64,000 nt of DNA from Epithemia pelagica (GCA_946965045.2 OX337235.1:1736001-1800000), one strand, 5' to 3'; positions 11,961 to 23,536 are shown, numbered from the stretch's first letter. Notes: a model not told the origin generated them from the sequence alone. Program-made: numbers and translations.

Positions 11961-12875
11961 TTATCCCTTGCGAGCAGCAAAAGCTTTATCTTCACTTCCT
12001 GTCCTTGCAAGTACGCCAAGGTACCTTTTGACTTCCACGATACTACGGAGTTTCCGCTCTCTCCCGTCCGTCGTAGGAGGGAACCAGTAGAAGTCAATGC
12101 GACTTTTTGTCATTCCACTTTGTCGTTCATACTGCCTCTCCACCCAACCTTCGGGCCAACCCTCTTCACGTAGGAATTTCGTTGGTACACCTACATACAC
12201 GGGATCACTTGCTGACTTGTCTGTGGAAGCTTTTGTCTGCCGCTTCACCGTTTCCTTCTTTGCTTTCGCAGGCGTTGGTTTCTTGACAGTCTTTTTCGCC
12301 TTGACAGGTGATGTAGTAGGAGAAGATGATTTCTTTCGAGGCGATGGAGCCACAGACTTTCTTTTGCTGACGGATCGTTTGGGGCTGCGTGTGCTTACCG
12401 TGCTCGATACAGTGGGTGGAGGCCCACCAGTTAACGAAGATTCTTGTTCCTGAGATTGGTCAACCAACAGAGATTTTGCAGCTATTCGTTTCTTTCGTCC
12501 AGATGGCAAGCGTTGGACAATGTTCTCGTCAGGAGAAGATTGGACAAGCACAGACTCAAATGCCGTCGTTTTACTTGGAAACTGGTTCGCTCCTGTTTCC
12601 GTTGCCTTAGAATCACCAACCGCAACTTCTTGTTCGATTATCTGGCTGACCACTTCCGCCTCTGTTTCCGGTATGGCGCCCTCAGGAACCCGACCAGCGC
12701 TCACCCCGTTTGCTCCAGATGCGGTTGTCTCTTTACCCTCTGGTTGTGATGCAGACTTCTCCTCCTGAGGCTGTGTATCCGACATTACAACGTCGGCCTC
12801 AATGTGATCCCCGTCTGATTCCGCCTGGACATTGCCAGTAGCTGATGCAGGAGACATAGTCGAAGGAGCATCCAT
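11961..12875 (-). CDS. Methyl-CpG-binding domain (MBD) protein
   Basis: 304 aa; disordered N-terminus; C-terminal PEGWVERQYERQSG...IDFYWFPP...KLRSIVEVKRYL fits the MBD pattern. Confidence 0.75.
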   Translation of the reverse strand: MDAPSTMSPASATGNVQAESDGDHIEADVVMSDTQPQEEKSASQPEGKETTASGANGVSAGRVPEGAIPETEAEVVSQIIEQEVAVGDSKATETGANQFPSKTTAFESVLVQSSPDENIVQRLPSGRKKRIAAKSLLVDQSQEQESSLTGGPPPTVSSTVSTRSPKRSVSKRKSVAPSPRKKSSSPTTSPVKAKKTVKKPTPAKAKKETVKRQTKASTDKSASDPVYVGVPTKFLREEGWPEGWVERQYERQSGMTKSRIDFYWFPPTTDGRERKLRSIVEVKRYLGVLARTGSEDKAFAARKG

Positions 12876-14045
12876 GGTGTACTGCTCGAAGCACTATTTC
12901 CGAAAAGTCTGAGAAATTTTTTTTGCGTGCCGCCGGTCGACGCCTATGCATACTATGTCCTCTATCACGGCCTGATAGCGCTATGACAAATGGATGTATA
13001 GTAGGAACACCAGTCTTTCTTCCAGGGGAACGTCATGAACAAACTACGAGGCAGAAAACGAGTCTAGGGAAGGAAACACATTTCGTTAGGGACAATTCAT
13101 TTTTGGTCCAAATAGATTTATTGTTTCGTCGTTTCGGCAGCTTTCTTTTGCTCATGATGTATGACTCCTCCAGATAGCAAGATCTTGGAATACCTGCGAT
13201 GAAGTGGGATTGTCAGGCGAATCAACAAGGAGTCTGGCTGAACGGCCGATCCGAATTGGTAAATCCGATGCCTCTCATCTTCCACCACACACATCCATGT
13301 CAAGACGGTCCCGTTGTAAGAGTCTAGAATCACTTCACTGCTATTCCAATTTGGGGGAACTACCACAGATGATGAAGCACTGTAGTGTCGTTCTAATAGA
13401 CAGAACAAGCTTGTTTGGGAGCCAAGGTACTCCTTCAAATAAGATTCACCCAGGTATGGTTGGTGTTTGGGGTGACTAGTCTTGAAGAGCGGGGAAAGAA
13501 GCCACTTGATGGAGCGTTCGAGTGATGACAGGCCATGGTGGTTATTGGAAGGGAACAAAGGACTATCGTAGGGTTTTTGATGGACAGAAAAGTAGGAGCT
13601 CGGGCCTTTGCAGCACGGTCATCGGTCTTGTTGTTGTTGCGATCCGAAACCCTTGAATTGAGAGCGTCTTGGTCCAATGAGTAGAGGCTTTGGAGAGCCG
13701 GCGCCTTCGTAGAACCGTCGTGGGTAGTATTGGTGAGAGCCTTGTGGTCGGGGATGGAGGCGCGAGTATCCATGGTGGATGCAATCGGCCTCACTCGTTT
13801 TGCTCCCTGGTGGCTCCGTGGAGGTGAAATGCATTTTGTATCAGCATCGAAAAATCCCTCGCGCCGAGGGGGTGAGTACGAGAATGCATCGAAGATGCTG
13901 ACCCACCTGCGACCTGGACTCACCCCCGCTGGGGGGTACACGGTGTGGTGTTAAGGTCAACAACATCATCAGCTCTTACCAGCCAAAGGAGTGCCCGGCA
14001 CCTTACCTACGGTGCCCCCTATTGCAGCCACTTTAGCATGCAGTA

Positions 14046-15806
14046 ATGAGCATCGAAGTGCGTATAAAAGAGGGGGATCTGGACCTCATTTCGCAACGAT
14101 ACCATGTGGAAGTCGTCACACCAGAAGAAAGACGATCTCCATTCCGAGTTCCTCTCGACGTGCAGGAGCGTCGCGCACTCGGATCATCAAGATACCAGCA
14201 AATGTTTGAAAGATTCATAAAGGACGGGAATATAAGAGCCGTGGATCATGGGGAATTCGGTCAATGCGCGAAAAAGCTTGTCGATCTTTGTGCAACAAGT
14301 GACTTTGGGACATCGAGGAAAGAAGTCGTGTGCTTGCAGCGGTGTCGGCGAGGCGGGAAGACTTTCATGGCTACCGCAGTTGCTGCAATGTTGGAATATC
14401 GGTTCAATGGTGACGCCGAAGGTCCGTTTGTTATATACATATCGATGAACCAGATGAGCAAGCTCTCGCCGTCTGAGACGGCTATGGGAGCAGTCCTTAG
14501 CAGAATTGCATACGAACTGGCTGATGAGCATCAATCATTTCTCATCTTTCGAAAAAAGTATTCAAGTTTCGCTGCGGTCGAGGAATGGGTGACAAACAAC
14601 AATGTTATCTTGTTAATTGATGAGCTGAACATCATCCCATTCACTCGCGAGACTTACGATGATATGAGTACTTTCCTTGATGCTATTGCCGGGAAGAAGT
14701 CCTGTGCACTTTTGTACACGACGCATCACAGAATCATACAAGATCTTCGTCGAGGAAGAGAAGGCGAAGAGCCCACGGATCATCTTTCAACGAGACCTCA
14801 TCATTGGCAACCTATGCCACGTCTCAATGCACTGGCTTGCGTCAGACACATGAAGAGACGAGAGCAGTTTTGGTCTGCGGTGTTGCGTGGCCGTATTCCT
14901 GCACTTCTCGTGCTTCCACCAGATGATATTGCCAGCTTTGTGCCCGCCGAACGAATCGAGAGTGAATCAAGAGGACTAATGTATGACGCTATTCTCGACG
15001 GTAGCATTGAGAGACTCGAATCTGGACGCAATGCTTTCCGCTCCTTTGCGTACTTGCTCAAGTCAACTGATGACAGATCAATCCACTTATGGCCTCCGTT
15101 TTTGTGCGCTCAAGAGTCAGTGCTCGGGAAAGATTGCCCTCAACTTCGCATAGTACTGCAGTCTCCAGACATAAATCACCCAAAAGCATTTGAAGCACTT
15201 GCCGAGCTTGCAGTGGCGCTCCAGCTAATGTCATCGAGGCCGAGGTACCGTAATGTCGTACCGCGGCACCCATCGGTGTCAATTGAAAATTGCATTGATG
15301 CAACAGCAATTTTTGAGATTGAAGATAAGTACCAAACCATCGAGGCTGTGCGCAAAGCTGTTGAAAGGCGACTGGAAGACGATAAGGAGCTCTATGCGGA
15401 GGTGTTGCAAATTGTCGTTATCCCGCAATATTCAGAGTTCCCCATCTATGATTTCTTTCTTTTTCATCGGAATCAACGATGGCAGAGATGGAGAGGTAAT
15501 CACTGTACAATTGCAGCAGGATACCAATGTAAATATGGCTGGAAGTACCCATCCAGGGATCAGGCAGCGGATAAAAGAGTGAAGCTCTCTGTTTGGATCG
15601 AAGGAAAGGGCCCCTCAACCAGACGAACAAATAGGTCTTATGGATGGACTTTACTTTCTCCAGATGAACATCGAAGATTTCTCGGAGAGTCTCTGTTTGC
15701 TTCGCTTCCTCCAAGTGATGACGAAGACGCTCCTTGTCCGTATTGCAACAACTCAGACTTCAATTTTTCCTTTCATTCCAACGGAGAAAGAGTTTGGGTA
15801 AGCTGA
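14046..15806 (+). CDS. P-loop NTPase with a C-terminal PD-(D/E)XK-like domain (Crinkler/RHS-like architecture)
   Basis: 586 aa; Walker A-like RCRRGGKTF; Walker B ILLIDE; C-terminal FPIYDFFLF...AGYQCK resembles a restriction-endonuclease-fold active site. Confidence 0.6.
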   Translation: MSIEVRIKEGDLDLISQRYHVEVVTPEERRSPFRVPLDVQERRALGSSRYQQMFERFIKDGNIRAVDHGEFGQCAKKLVDLCATSDFGTSRKEVVCLQRCRRGGKTFMATAVAAMLEYRFNGDAEGPFVIYISMNQMSKLSPSETAMGAVLSRIAYELADEHQSFLIFRKKYSSFAAVEEWVTNNNVILLIDELNIIPFTRETYDDMSTFLDAIAGKKSCALLYTTHHRIIQDLRRGREGEEPTDHLSTRPHHWQPMPRLNALACVRHMKRREQFWSAVLRGRIPALLVLPPDDIASFVPAERIESESRGLMYDAILDGSIERLESGRNAFRSFAYLLKSTDDRSIHLWPPFLCAQESVLGKDCPQLRIVLQSPDINHPKAFEALAELAVALQLMSSRPRYRNVVPRHPSVSIENCIDATAIFEIEDKYQTIEAVRKAVERRLEDDKELYAEVLQIVVIPQYSEFPIYDFFLFHRNQRWQRWRGNHCTIAAGYQCKYGWKYPSRDQAADKRVKLSVWIEGKGPSTRRTNRSYGWTLLSPDEHRRFLGESLFASLPPSDDEDAPCPYCNNSDFNFSFHSNGERVWVS

Positions 15807-16325
15807 CACATTCAATCTAACTTACAATACAGCATATAGTTATACGTACACCACTCTTGTCAGAGATATTTTTTGCAAAGAATCTCAATTTGACGCGAGG
15901 GGAGGAGCATGTTTCCGAAGACTAAAGTAAAAAGAATTGTCCAATCGAAGGAGCCATATACTGTGGACAATGTGTCGAAGATAGGATCTTAGTATGTAGT
16001 AATCTGACCTTCTATGAGTGCCCTCTGGATATGGATTATGGTTGGAAAATAGGTTGCTTCCGTTGAGTCGGCGCATTTCGCTCGTTCCATTCGGAACCAT
16101 CAATCGACTTGTCCCACCAGTCGTGCAAGCGCACAAATGAGTGAGAAAGATACTACATAGGCGCTAACAGACATACATAGATAACCTTGTGGGACGGAGG
16201 CGTCCTTTCAGCAAACTCCATGCGACAAAAACCACAAGTCCAAGATGGTAGTACACAAAAATGATACGCCATGCGTGCTAACTTTGGTACGAGATCTTCG
16301 ATGTTGAGATACAAGCCACCACTGG

Positions 16326-17492
16326 TTACCAGAACTTCCACCATGGCTTGGTCTCATCGCTTTTGTAGGCCTCTGTAGTTGAGTTTGAAACAGCATCTCC
16401 CTCGTTTGTTTCCACCTTTCCATGGTCTGCGACTGCCACTCCCAAATAGGTGGATGCTGGATCGGCAGCCTGTGAGACATCCGTTCCAGTTTGATTCCGT
16501 TGTCGCCGTTTCATTTCCTCAATAAAGTCTAAGCGTTTTTGACAGTTTGTAACAAGTTGGGTGACTGAATTCAAGACAGGTGTTGTCGGATTGTTCCACA
16601 GCTCTTGATCGGACGGCATGGACTGCATCGATGCGGCCATTTCGTCCAGGAGATGATCTGCACGCCCCGCCGTCTCATCTTCTCCCGACTCTCTTGCAAA
16701 GACTGACCAGTTAAAGGATTCCTCCTTGGAAGCCACCACTCGTTTGTAATGAGACACAATCTCAGGACACGCGCGTTGACAGAGAATCGAGTGGCCAGGC
16801 TGCAACGGCAAACGGGCAACGTTGCGGTGCATCCCATTTTGATCTGCGAAAAACCATGACGAAAACACCCCTACAAAGATTCCGACGGCACCCGCTAAGC
16901 CCCAATCCAATTGCGCATCCAGTTTCGCTTGAACAGAAGCTGCATCCTCCGTTTCCGCGGCGGTGGTCGCCGATTCGGTAGCGGTCGTGGACTTTGCTCG
17001 AGAGGAGTCCGAGTCCTTGACTGCTTGCTTTTTGTTCTTCTGGGCTGTTTTCGATGAGACACTGCTGATTGTCTCCCTCTTTCCTGCAATGCGATCAAGA
17101 TTGCTATACGAAGCGCTCGGTGGAGGAGGTGGCAGAAGGGGAGAATTTCGTTGTTGGGCCAATCGACGTGCTCGAAACAACCGGCCAAAACGAAGGACCA
17201 TGGCACATGACACAAGACCGCTCACGACTCCAGCAACGTTATTTCGATAGGTCGAGTAGCTTAACGCTTGTTTTTCTTTCTTTGTGACCCACTCCTTGGT
17301 CCTTTTCGTATTTTCATTGGATCCAAGGAGCATCTGCGTGCTTTCTCGGTCCACCAACACTTTGAAATGATGGTTTATAATGGACAGAAAGCTGTCGGCC
17401 AAGTTGCTCTCTGCATAGTATCGATAAACTCTTCGACGACGAATTGTTTCTGATGACGACTCTGCATCATTTCCAGATGCCGTCATGGTCAT
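16326..17492 (-). CDS. Hypothetical protein, probably membrane-associated
   Basis: Long ORF (first ATG at 17492) with two hydrophobic segments (VAGVVSGLVSCAMVL and WGLAGAVGIFVGVFSSWFF). Confidence 0.65.
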   Translation of the reverse strand: MTMTASGNDAESSSETIRRRRVYRYYAESNLADSFLSIINHHFKVLVDRESTQMLLGSNENTKRTKEWVTKKEKQALSYSTYRNNVAGVVSGLVSCAMVLRFGRLFRARRLAQQRNSPLLPPPPPSASYSNLDRIAGKRETISSVSSKTAQKNKKQAVKDSDSSRAKSTTATESATTAAETEDAASVQAKLDAQLDWGLAGAVGIFVGVFSSWFFADQNGMHRNVARLPLQPGHSILCQRACPEIVSHYKRVVASKEESFNWSVFARESGEDETAGRADHLLDEMAASMQSMPSDQELWNNPTTPVLNSVTQLVTNCQKRLDFIEEMKRRQRNQTGTDVSQAADPASTYLGVAVADHGKVETNEGDAVSNSTTEAYKSDETKPWWKFW

Positions 17493-18093
17493 GGTGATTC
17501 GGTCAACCAACAAAAGATGTCACCGACTAAAAAAACGATCTTTCTCGCATGCACCTTGTGGCTCTCCAGTTGGGTAACCATAGGACATCGATAGAAATAC
17601 GACACGTGGAAACCGCGATCCATAGCGCGGGATACAATAATAGGCACACGCTCCGCACGTGCATTCTTAGCGGGACCGGGACTCTATCTCTTTTGTTTGG
17701 CTGGACTTCAATCCAACGGTCGGCTCATCATCCAAAATGGATCTGGTCGGCATCACACGTCGCCTCGCTTCGGTCCTGCGCACAATGACAACCAAATAGG
17801 GATAGATTTGCTAGATTGGCTGCAACCTTGCACTTCCAACTTCCAACGTTTTGTCACAATAAAGGGAATCGAAAGCAAGGGAAACAATGTTGTCAGTCCT
17901 TCTAGGTTTCGTCAAGGGCTTTTTGCCAGCTTGGCCAGAATGGTACGTCTCGTCGAATGGCTCTCTCCTCTGTGACTCTCTCTGGTGTCCCATGTGTACG
18001 TCGTTTCTCTCTCCTGTTCCACGACGCTCGTCTGACCATGACATTCCTATTGTTGCGTGAACTGTTTCCAGGGCACTCGATGTTCTCATCATC

Positions 18094-19518
18094 ATGACCA
18101 TTTTGCTTGTCTTCACCGGAGCCTTGACTTCCTTCTATGAACCTGAAGATGAAAAGAAAGACAAGGAATTTGTCAAGGGGTCGACAGCCGATGGCGACGA
18201 AAAAGCCCAAACGCAACATGAACTATTGACCAAATACCATGGATTTCGTTTGAAATATGTCGCTGTGTATGCTGTTATCATGCTGGCGGACTGGATGCAA
18301 GGAACTCACATGTACACCTTGTACATGTCTTATGGGGTCAATGTGGCAGCCTTGTTTTTGACTGGTTTTCTAAGTGGGGGGATCTTTGCTCCCTTTTTGG
18401 GATCCTTTGTGGATAAATTTGGTCGAAAACGAAGTTGCATTGTCTATTGTTTATTGGAAATCGCCATTAATGTTTTGGAAGGATACGAAAACTTTACAAT
18501 CCTCCTGCTTGGTCGGGTGATGGGAGGTGTCTCCACCAACTTGTTATTTTCGGCTTTTGAAAGCTGGATGACGACGGAACATCGTCACCAGGGCTTTCCA
18601 GAATCCTGGTTGGCACGGACGTACTCACAGTGTTCGATTGTCAATGGAGCGACAGCAATTTTTGCAGGTGTTGTGGCACAATTATTGGAGGATGCCTTTG
18701 GTCATATTGGGCCCTTTCACGGAGCGGTTGCGTTGACAACCCTGGCGTTGTTGATGATTCTAGGTTGGAAAGAAAATTATGGAGAAGAGCATGCAGGAGA
18801 CCACAGCAAGTCCACGGTGGTCCATCAGTTTTTGGAAGGATGGAAAACGACCATCCAAGACTCGGGTGTCTGGCGAATTGGTCTCATTCAGGCATTATCG
18901 GAGGGTGCCATGTACACCTTTGTGTTTATGTGGGTCCCCACACTTTTGTCACTGGATTTTGCCGGGGGAGTACCTACGGGATGTGTGTTTTCCTCGCTCA
19001 TGATGGCAATTACCATGGGTGGTTTGATTTTCCCGTCCTTACAAGCCTTTATTACAACCATCTTGACCACAGAGGCTGGATCTTCCGAACTTTGTGCCTC
19101 AGTCATTTATCTCGTCGCGGCGGCGGCCATGGCAGTCCCTGTGGTTCTCTTGGGACCAGGCGGAGAATCATTCGGTCATCGTCAAGAACTCGTTATTGCT
19201 AGTTTTATGGTTGTGGAAATGTGTGTGGGTCTCTTTATGCCAGTGGCTGGAACTCTTCGATCCAAATATGTGCCAGACTCATTGCAAGGAGGAATTCTCA
19301 ACATTTTCCGACTGCCGTTAAATGCCATTGTCGTATCCGGCACCTATGCCACGGACGTTTTGGAAAAGCATGTCGTCTACCAACTAGTGTGTGGTTGTTT
19401 CTTGGCGGCTGCATTGTTGCAAGTCACCATGATTGAAGGGGCCATGAAAAAGGGACAGTCACCACCACCAACAGTGACAACAACAGACGCCAAAGACTCC
19501 AAGGCAAAAGCCGAGTAA
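18094..19518 (+). CDS. MFSD5: MFS molybdate-anion transporter family protein (MOT2/MFSD5-like); the 5' start may lie further upstream
   Basis: 474 aa with multiple TM helices; family motifs ADWMQGTHMYTLY, DKFGRKRSC, GRVMGGVSTNLLFSAFESWM, NIFRLPLN. Confidence 0.85.
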   Translation: MTILLVFTGALTSFYEPEDEKKDKEFVKGSTADGDEKAQTQHELLTKYHGFRLKYVAVYAVIMLADWMQGTHMYTLYMSYGVNVAALFLTGFLSGGIFAPFLGSFVDKFGRKRSCIVYCLLEIAINVLEGYENFTILLLGRVMGGVSTNLLFSAFESWMTTEHRHQGFPESWLARTYSQCSIVNGATAIFAGVVAQLLEDAFGHIGPFHGAVALTTLALLMILGWKENYGEEHAGDHSKSTVVHQFLEGWKTTIQDSGVWRIGLIQALSEGAMYTFVFMWVPTLLSLDFAGGVPTGCVFSSLMMAITMGGLIFPSLQAFITTILTTEAGSSELCASVIYLVAAAAMAVPVVLLGPGGESFGHRQELVIASFMVVEMCVGLFMPVAGTLRSKYVPDSLQGGILNIFRLPLNAIVVSGTYATDVLEKHVVYQLVCGCFLAAALLQVTMIEGAMKKGQSPPPTVTTTDAKDSKAKAE

Positions 19519-19722
19519 GGCAAATTCAAACCAATCAACTCATTCGAAAAGTTCCGTGACAGTAACGCATAAATAATATCACAAGTGCACAATAGCTACG
19601 GGAGTAGAAAGACAGTTACATGATATTGTTAAGCTACCTGGTGAAGTTTGTTTCACCTCCACATGACAAGCGGGAGACATCTGTAAGCACTTCCCGTGTT
19701 CATTTCCTTTGGTCATAGCGAT

Positions 19723-21288
19723 TCATTTTCCTCGTCGGCGGTGTTTTTTGGGTGGTTTCCCTCGTGCACCACGTTGATTCGGCAATGCTCCACCAGATCC
19801 TCCACTGCCACCCGCATAGCCTTGTCGTACTTCTCGCTGCAACACCTGTTCTCCGTCCAGGTCACCACCGTCTTCGTCTTGTAGACCTCGTCGTTTTCGT
19901 CTTCCCCCTCCATGCTTGCCGCCCCGCGATGACAATTGTTCCTTGAGTTCTCGTGTCGCCAAGCGTTGGGCTTCACTCACACGTTCCAAGAGAACCAACA
20001 CGGTCTCTTCGTCCGCGGTCGCATAGGCTGGTAGTTTTTTCCCCAACAATGCTTCTAGGCGTTGATACACTTCAACATCGTATTGTGTAACCATGGCCAC
20101 GGCTTGGCCAGATTGTCCAGCACGGGCCGTACGCCCAACACGATGGACATATTCCTTCCCATGCCCGGGCAAATCGTAATTGACCACCAAATCGACAGAC
20201 GGCAAATCCAACCCACGCGAGGCGACGTCGGTACACAATAGAATTGTTCGGGATCCGGTAGCAAATTTTTGCAAGGCACCCAGTCGCTTGGCTTGATTCA
20301 TTTGACCATGTAAACAAACGGCAGGAAAGCCCAAATTCCTCAACATCAAAGCCAGGCGCTGTACATTGTTGCATGTTGCTCCAAACACAAGAATGGATTT
20401 CCCGGCATGTTCATTAACGACATAGGTAAGATAACAATCCTTGTATTTCGCAGGAATGAACAGATAGGATTGTTTAAGCTGCGATGGAGTTTGGAACTTC
20501 GTGGAAACCTCAATTCGAACTGGGTCTGTCAGAGAAGCTCGTTGGAGTTTTTGTACTTGCGACGTCATGGTTGCAGAAAACAAAAAGGTTTGTCGTTCCG
20601 ACGGTACATTGTCCAATATTTGCAACAATTCTTCTTCAAAATCCATGGATAACATTCTATCTGCCTCATCCAAGATCAAATATCTCACTTGTCGCAGATG
20701 AAAGCCCTTGGTATCTTTCAAATGGTCGAGCAGCCTTCCTGGTGTGGCAATCAAAATGTGCGGATTACGAGCCAAGGCAATGGCTTGCGAGGTTCGATCG
20801 ACACCCCCCACAACGCAGGCACTGGTTGCTCCTATGCCCTGTCCCAACCCTTGTACAACGGTATGAATTTGAAAGGCCAATTCTCGAGTGGGTGTCAAGA
20901 TGAGGGCCGCTGTGGCCCGGACTGGATTCTTCAACAAGCCTTGCAAAATGGGCAAACAAAAGGCCCCGGTTTTGCCACTTCCCGTCTCGGCCAATCCAAT
21001 AATATCTCGGCCACTTTCTCCCCTTCCATCTTGCTTGTCGCTACTGTCATTGTTTTGATGAGAAGAAAACGCCTCGGACAAGACTGATGCTTGAATTTGC
21101 GTAGCATACGACCATTCCAATCGTTTGCACGCCTCTTGTAGGGCACTGCACACGCCCAAACTGGCAAATGTTTGCTTCGTCAAGACCGATGAGGATGATT
21201 GATTATTATTGGAAGTCTCGACTTCTGAACTGGATGCTTCCACTGTCGGGGATGGTGGTGATGACTCTTTGGCTACCCCTTCCGGCAT
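19723..21288 (-). CDS. DDX47: DEAD-box rRNA-processing helicase RRP3/DDX47
   Basis: Motifs AETGSGKT, PTRELA, LDEADRML, SAT, HRVGRTARAG; YLFIPAKYKDCYL is typical of RRP3/DDX47. ATG at 21288 (MPEGVAKE). Confidence 0.9.
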   Translation of the reverse strand: MPEGVAKESSPPSPTVEASSSEVETSNNNQSSSSVLTKQTFASLGVCSALQEACKRLEWSYATQIQASVLSEAFSSHQNNDSSDKQDGRGESGRDIIGLAETGSGKTGAFCLPILQGLLKNPVRATAALILTPTRELAFQIHTVVQGLGQGIGATSACVVGGVDRTSQAIALARNPHILIATPGRLLDHLKDTKGFHLRQVRYLILDEADRMLSMDFEEELLQILDNVPSERQTFLFSATMTSQVQKLQRASLTDPVRIEVSTKFQTPSQLKQSYLFIPAKYKDCYLTYVVNEHAGKSILVFGATCNNVQRLALMLRNLGFPAVCLHGQMNQAKRLGALQKFATGSRTILLCTDVASRGLDLPSVDLVVNYDLPGHGKEYVHRVGRTARAGQSGQAVAMVTQYDVEVYQRLEALLGKKLPAYATADEETVLVLLERVSEAQRLATRELKEQLSSRGGKHGGGRRKRRGLQDEDGGDLDGEQVLQREVRQGYAGGSGGSGGALPNQRGARGKPPKKHRRRGK

Positions 21289-21532
21289 GGTGGAAAACAG
21301 TGAGCAATATACGGAGAAGAAAAGGAGCGAAAGGAAAATTTTGGAATGGATGGAGATGATGAAGCGACACAAAAGCGATCAAAGGGATGCTTTCGGACAC
21401 AGACTGAAGCTGGCCGGAAGAAAAATTTCTCGAAGACACAATCAACCGTGGTTGGTGGTTGTGCCATCACACAATGATGAGCAGATACGTCGGCCTTGTT
21501 CATCTTTAGAAGACACCACGAGCTTTTCATCA
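21289..21532. promoter_or_regulatory. Probable bidirectional promoter between DDX47 and MnmA
   Basis: Head-to-head genes with only 244 bp between the inferred ATGs; no specific motif identified. Confidence 0.45.
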
Positions 21533-23323
21533 ATGCTTAGTCGATCATGTGTACAAGCTTCAAGAAGGAAGGCTCAGTCGCTTGCCGAACGGAATCATGT
21601 CTTTCTGTTTGACACAGCGGCGCGGTGCTTACGCCGTGCCATCATCGGAGGGTCACGCTCGCCAATGCCAGCGCCAAGGAATGTGACGACCCTGGCTGTT
21701 TCCTTGTCGGGAGGGGTTGATTCTTCAGTGGTGGCGGCTTTGCTGCAACAAAAGATAGATCCAGTGAAGATTCAGTTACAAGCCGTGCATATGACCAATT
21801 GGAATTTTCAAGATGATGGCGAAGATGTGGCGCTGGAAAACGTGTGCTACGAACAGGATTGGAAGGACGCCGTTCAAGTGGCTGAGCATTTGAAACTCCC
21901 CATTATTCGTCATCGCTTGGAGTCCGCCTACTGGACCCATGTGTTTGAGCCATACCTGGAAGACCTTGTCAAAAATGGGAACATGGGGAACCCTGATATT
22001 AACTGCAATGTCCACATCAAGTTTGGAGCCCTGCGTGAAAAAATCGTGGCACGCCATGGCAAGCAAACATGGTTGGCTACCGGTCACTATGCACGACTAT
22101 GGTATCCACAGTATGGAAAGGGTCATGATGCAGGGTATGAGGATTTGCCTTCCGAGCTTCTGAAAGACTACAAATGTCTGATTGAGGAGAACTTATCGCC
22201 AGGCACGGACGAATGGCTCTGGAAATGGTACAAAACAAACCAATGTTCCTCAAACCCATGGCTTTTGGCTGCAGCTGATACCACCAAAGACCAATCTTAC
22301 TTTTTGGCGGGCTGCTCCAATACGCAGCTTGCACAAGTTCTCTTCCCATTGGGCGATTTGCATAAGAAGTGGCCTTCCTCCCCAAGTATTGACTCTAATG
22401 ATGAGTCTGCCAGTCCTTACACCTTGACAGTTCGCGAATTGGCAATAAAACTTAAGTTGCCTACAGCGAACAAGCGAGAAAGTATGGGCATTTGCTTCGT
22501 GGGAAAACGAAAAAGCTGGATCAATTTTGTTCGAGATTATACGGCACCCGATCTGTTGCAGCAACATGTTCAATTCGTAGATATTGATTCTGGTCGAGTT
22601 ATAGGGCAATCGGACGAGAAATCTCATCCAGCCTTTTACACGATTGGACGAGGAGCTCGTGTGGGTGGTGCAGACCAAAAGTACTTTGTTGTTGGGCCTT
22701 CCATGTCGTCTCCACCAATCAGTCGCTGTCGTGCGTTTCGTCAGGACCAAAACGCAACAGAAGACAACGTAGTATGGGTATGCGCGGGAACGCACCATCC
22801 AGCATTGTTTGCAAATTCGCTTACGGTCAAGAAGTTCAACTGGATCATGGACCAGAGGATTCCAGATCCTTTGCTTTCCCCAGGACATGACGGACGTGCA
22901 CATAAATTTGGTGAGGGAAACACCGGTGTATTGCGCTGCAAGTTCCGTTTTCGACATTTGCAAGAACTAATGGACTGTGAGGTGGTCTATGATCCTTGTC
23001 AAAGAAAGAACAGCAATGGCGAGCTAGGGGTCTATACAATTTATTTCGAGGAACCCTTGCGAGGTATTACTCCAGGCCAAATGGTTGTCCTGTATGCCGC
23101 CAATGGTTTGGTGTGTCTTGGCGGAGGGCCCATTGCAACGGTTGGGATGTCCTTGTGGGAGCAGGAGCAACAACAGGATCACCTTCATGGATCGTCAACC
23201 ATAAAGAAACCCAAATATCTGGACATGTGTAAAGGGGAGCTATCAAGAGCTACCACGAAGACAGGGAAAAGTAAAAACGACGATGCTACTACTGATACCT
23301 ACATGGTGGAAATGATGAGTTAA
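21533..23323 (+). CDS. mnmA: tRNA-specific 2-thiouridylase MnmA/TRMU (probably organellar)
   Basis: SGGVDS, NPDINCNVHIKFG, LATGHYAR, KDQSYFL, ESMGICFVG and ITPGQ motifs. The inferred ATG at 21533 gives an Arg/Ser-rich presequence-like N-terminus. Confidence 0.9.
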   Translation: MLSRSCVQASRRKAQSLAERNHVFLFDTAARCLRRAIIGGSRSPMPAPRNVTTLAVSLSGGVDSSVVAALLQQKIDPVKIQLQAVHMTNWNFQDDGEDVALENVCYEQDWKDAVQVAEHLKLPIIRHRLESAYWTHVFEPYLEDLVKNGNMGNPDINCNVHIKFGALREKIVARHGKQTWLATGHYARLWYPQYGKGHDAGYEDLPSELLKDYKCLIEENLSPGTDEWLWKWYKTNQCSSNPWLLAAADTTKDQSYFLAGCSNTQLAQVLFPLGDLHKKWPSSPSIDSNDESASPYTLTVRELAIKLKLPTANKRESMGICFVGKRKSWINFVRDYTAPDLLQQHVQFVDIDSGRVIGQSDEKSHPAFYTIGRGARVGGADQKYFVVGPSMSSPPISRCRAFRQDQNATEDNVVWVCAGTHHPALFANSLTVKKFNWIMDQRIPDPLLSPGHDGRAHKFGEGNTGVLRCKFRFRHLQELMDCEVVYDPCQRKNSNGELGVYTIYFEEPLRGITPGQMVVLYAANGLVCLGGGPIATVGMSLWEQEQQQDHLHGSSTIKKPKYLDMCKGELSRATTKTGKSKNDDATTDTYMVEMMS

Positions 23324-23536
23324 CATGTTCATCATCAATCACATAGAAACAAACTCGCAATCACGGTCCCCATCGGCCAATACCTTTGGAAGTCATCAGT
23401 TTCTTCGTTGTGTTCCCCGTTGACTACGCGAAAGTATGTTCACGTTGCTCAAGACGCACCCGGTTGCGACACAACATGAGGGGAGCAAATACTGCCCACA
23501 GTATTTGTCTCTCAAACTTACTTGTACACAAATTGC

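Noticed and set aside
21209-21532. N-terminal extension of MnmA overlapping DDX47
   Set aside because: Both overlaps disappear with ATGs at 21288 and 21533.
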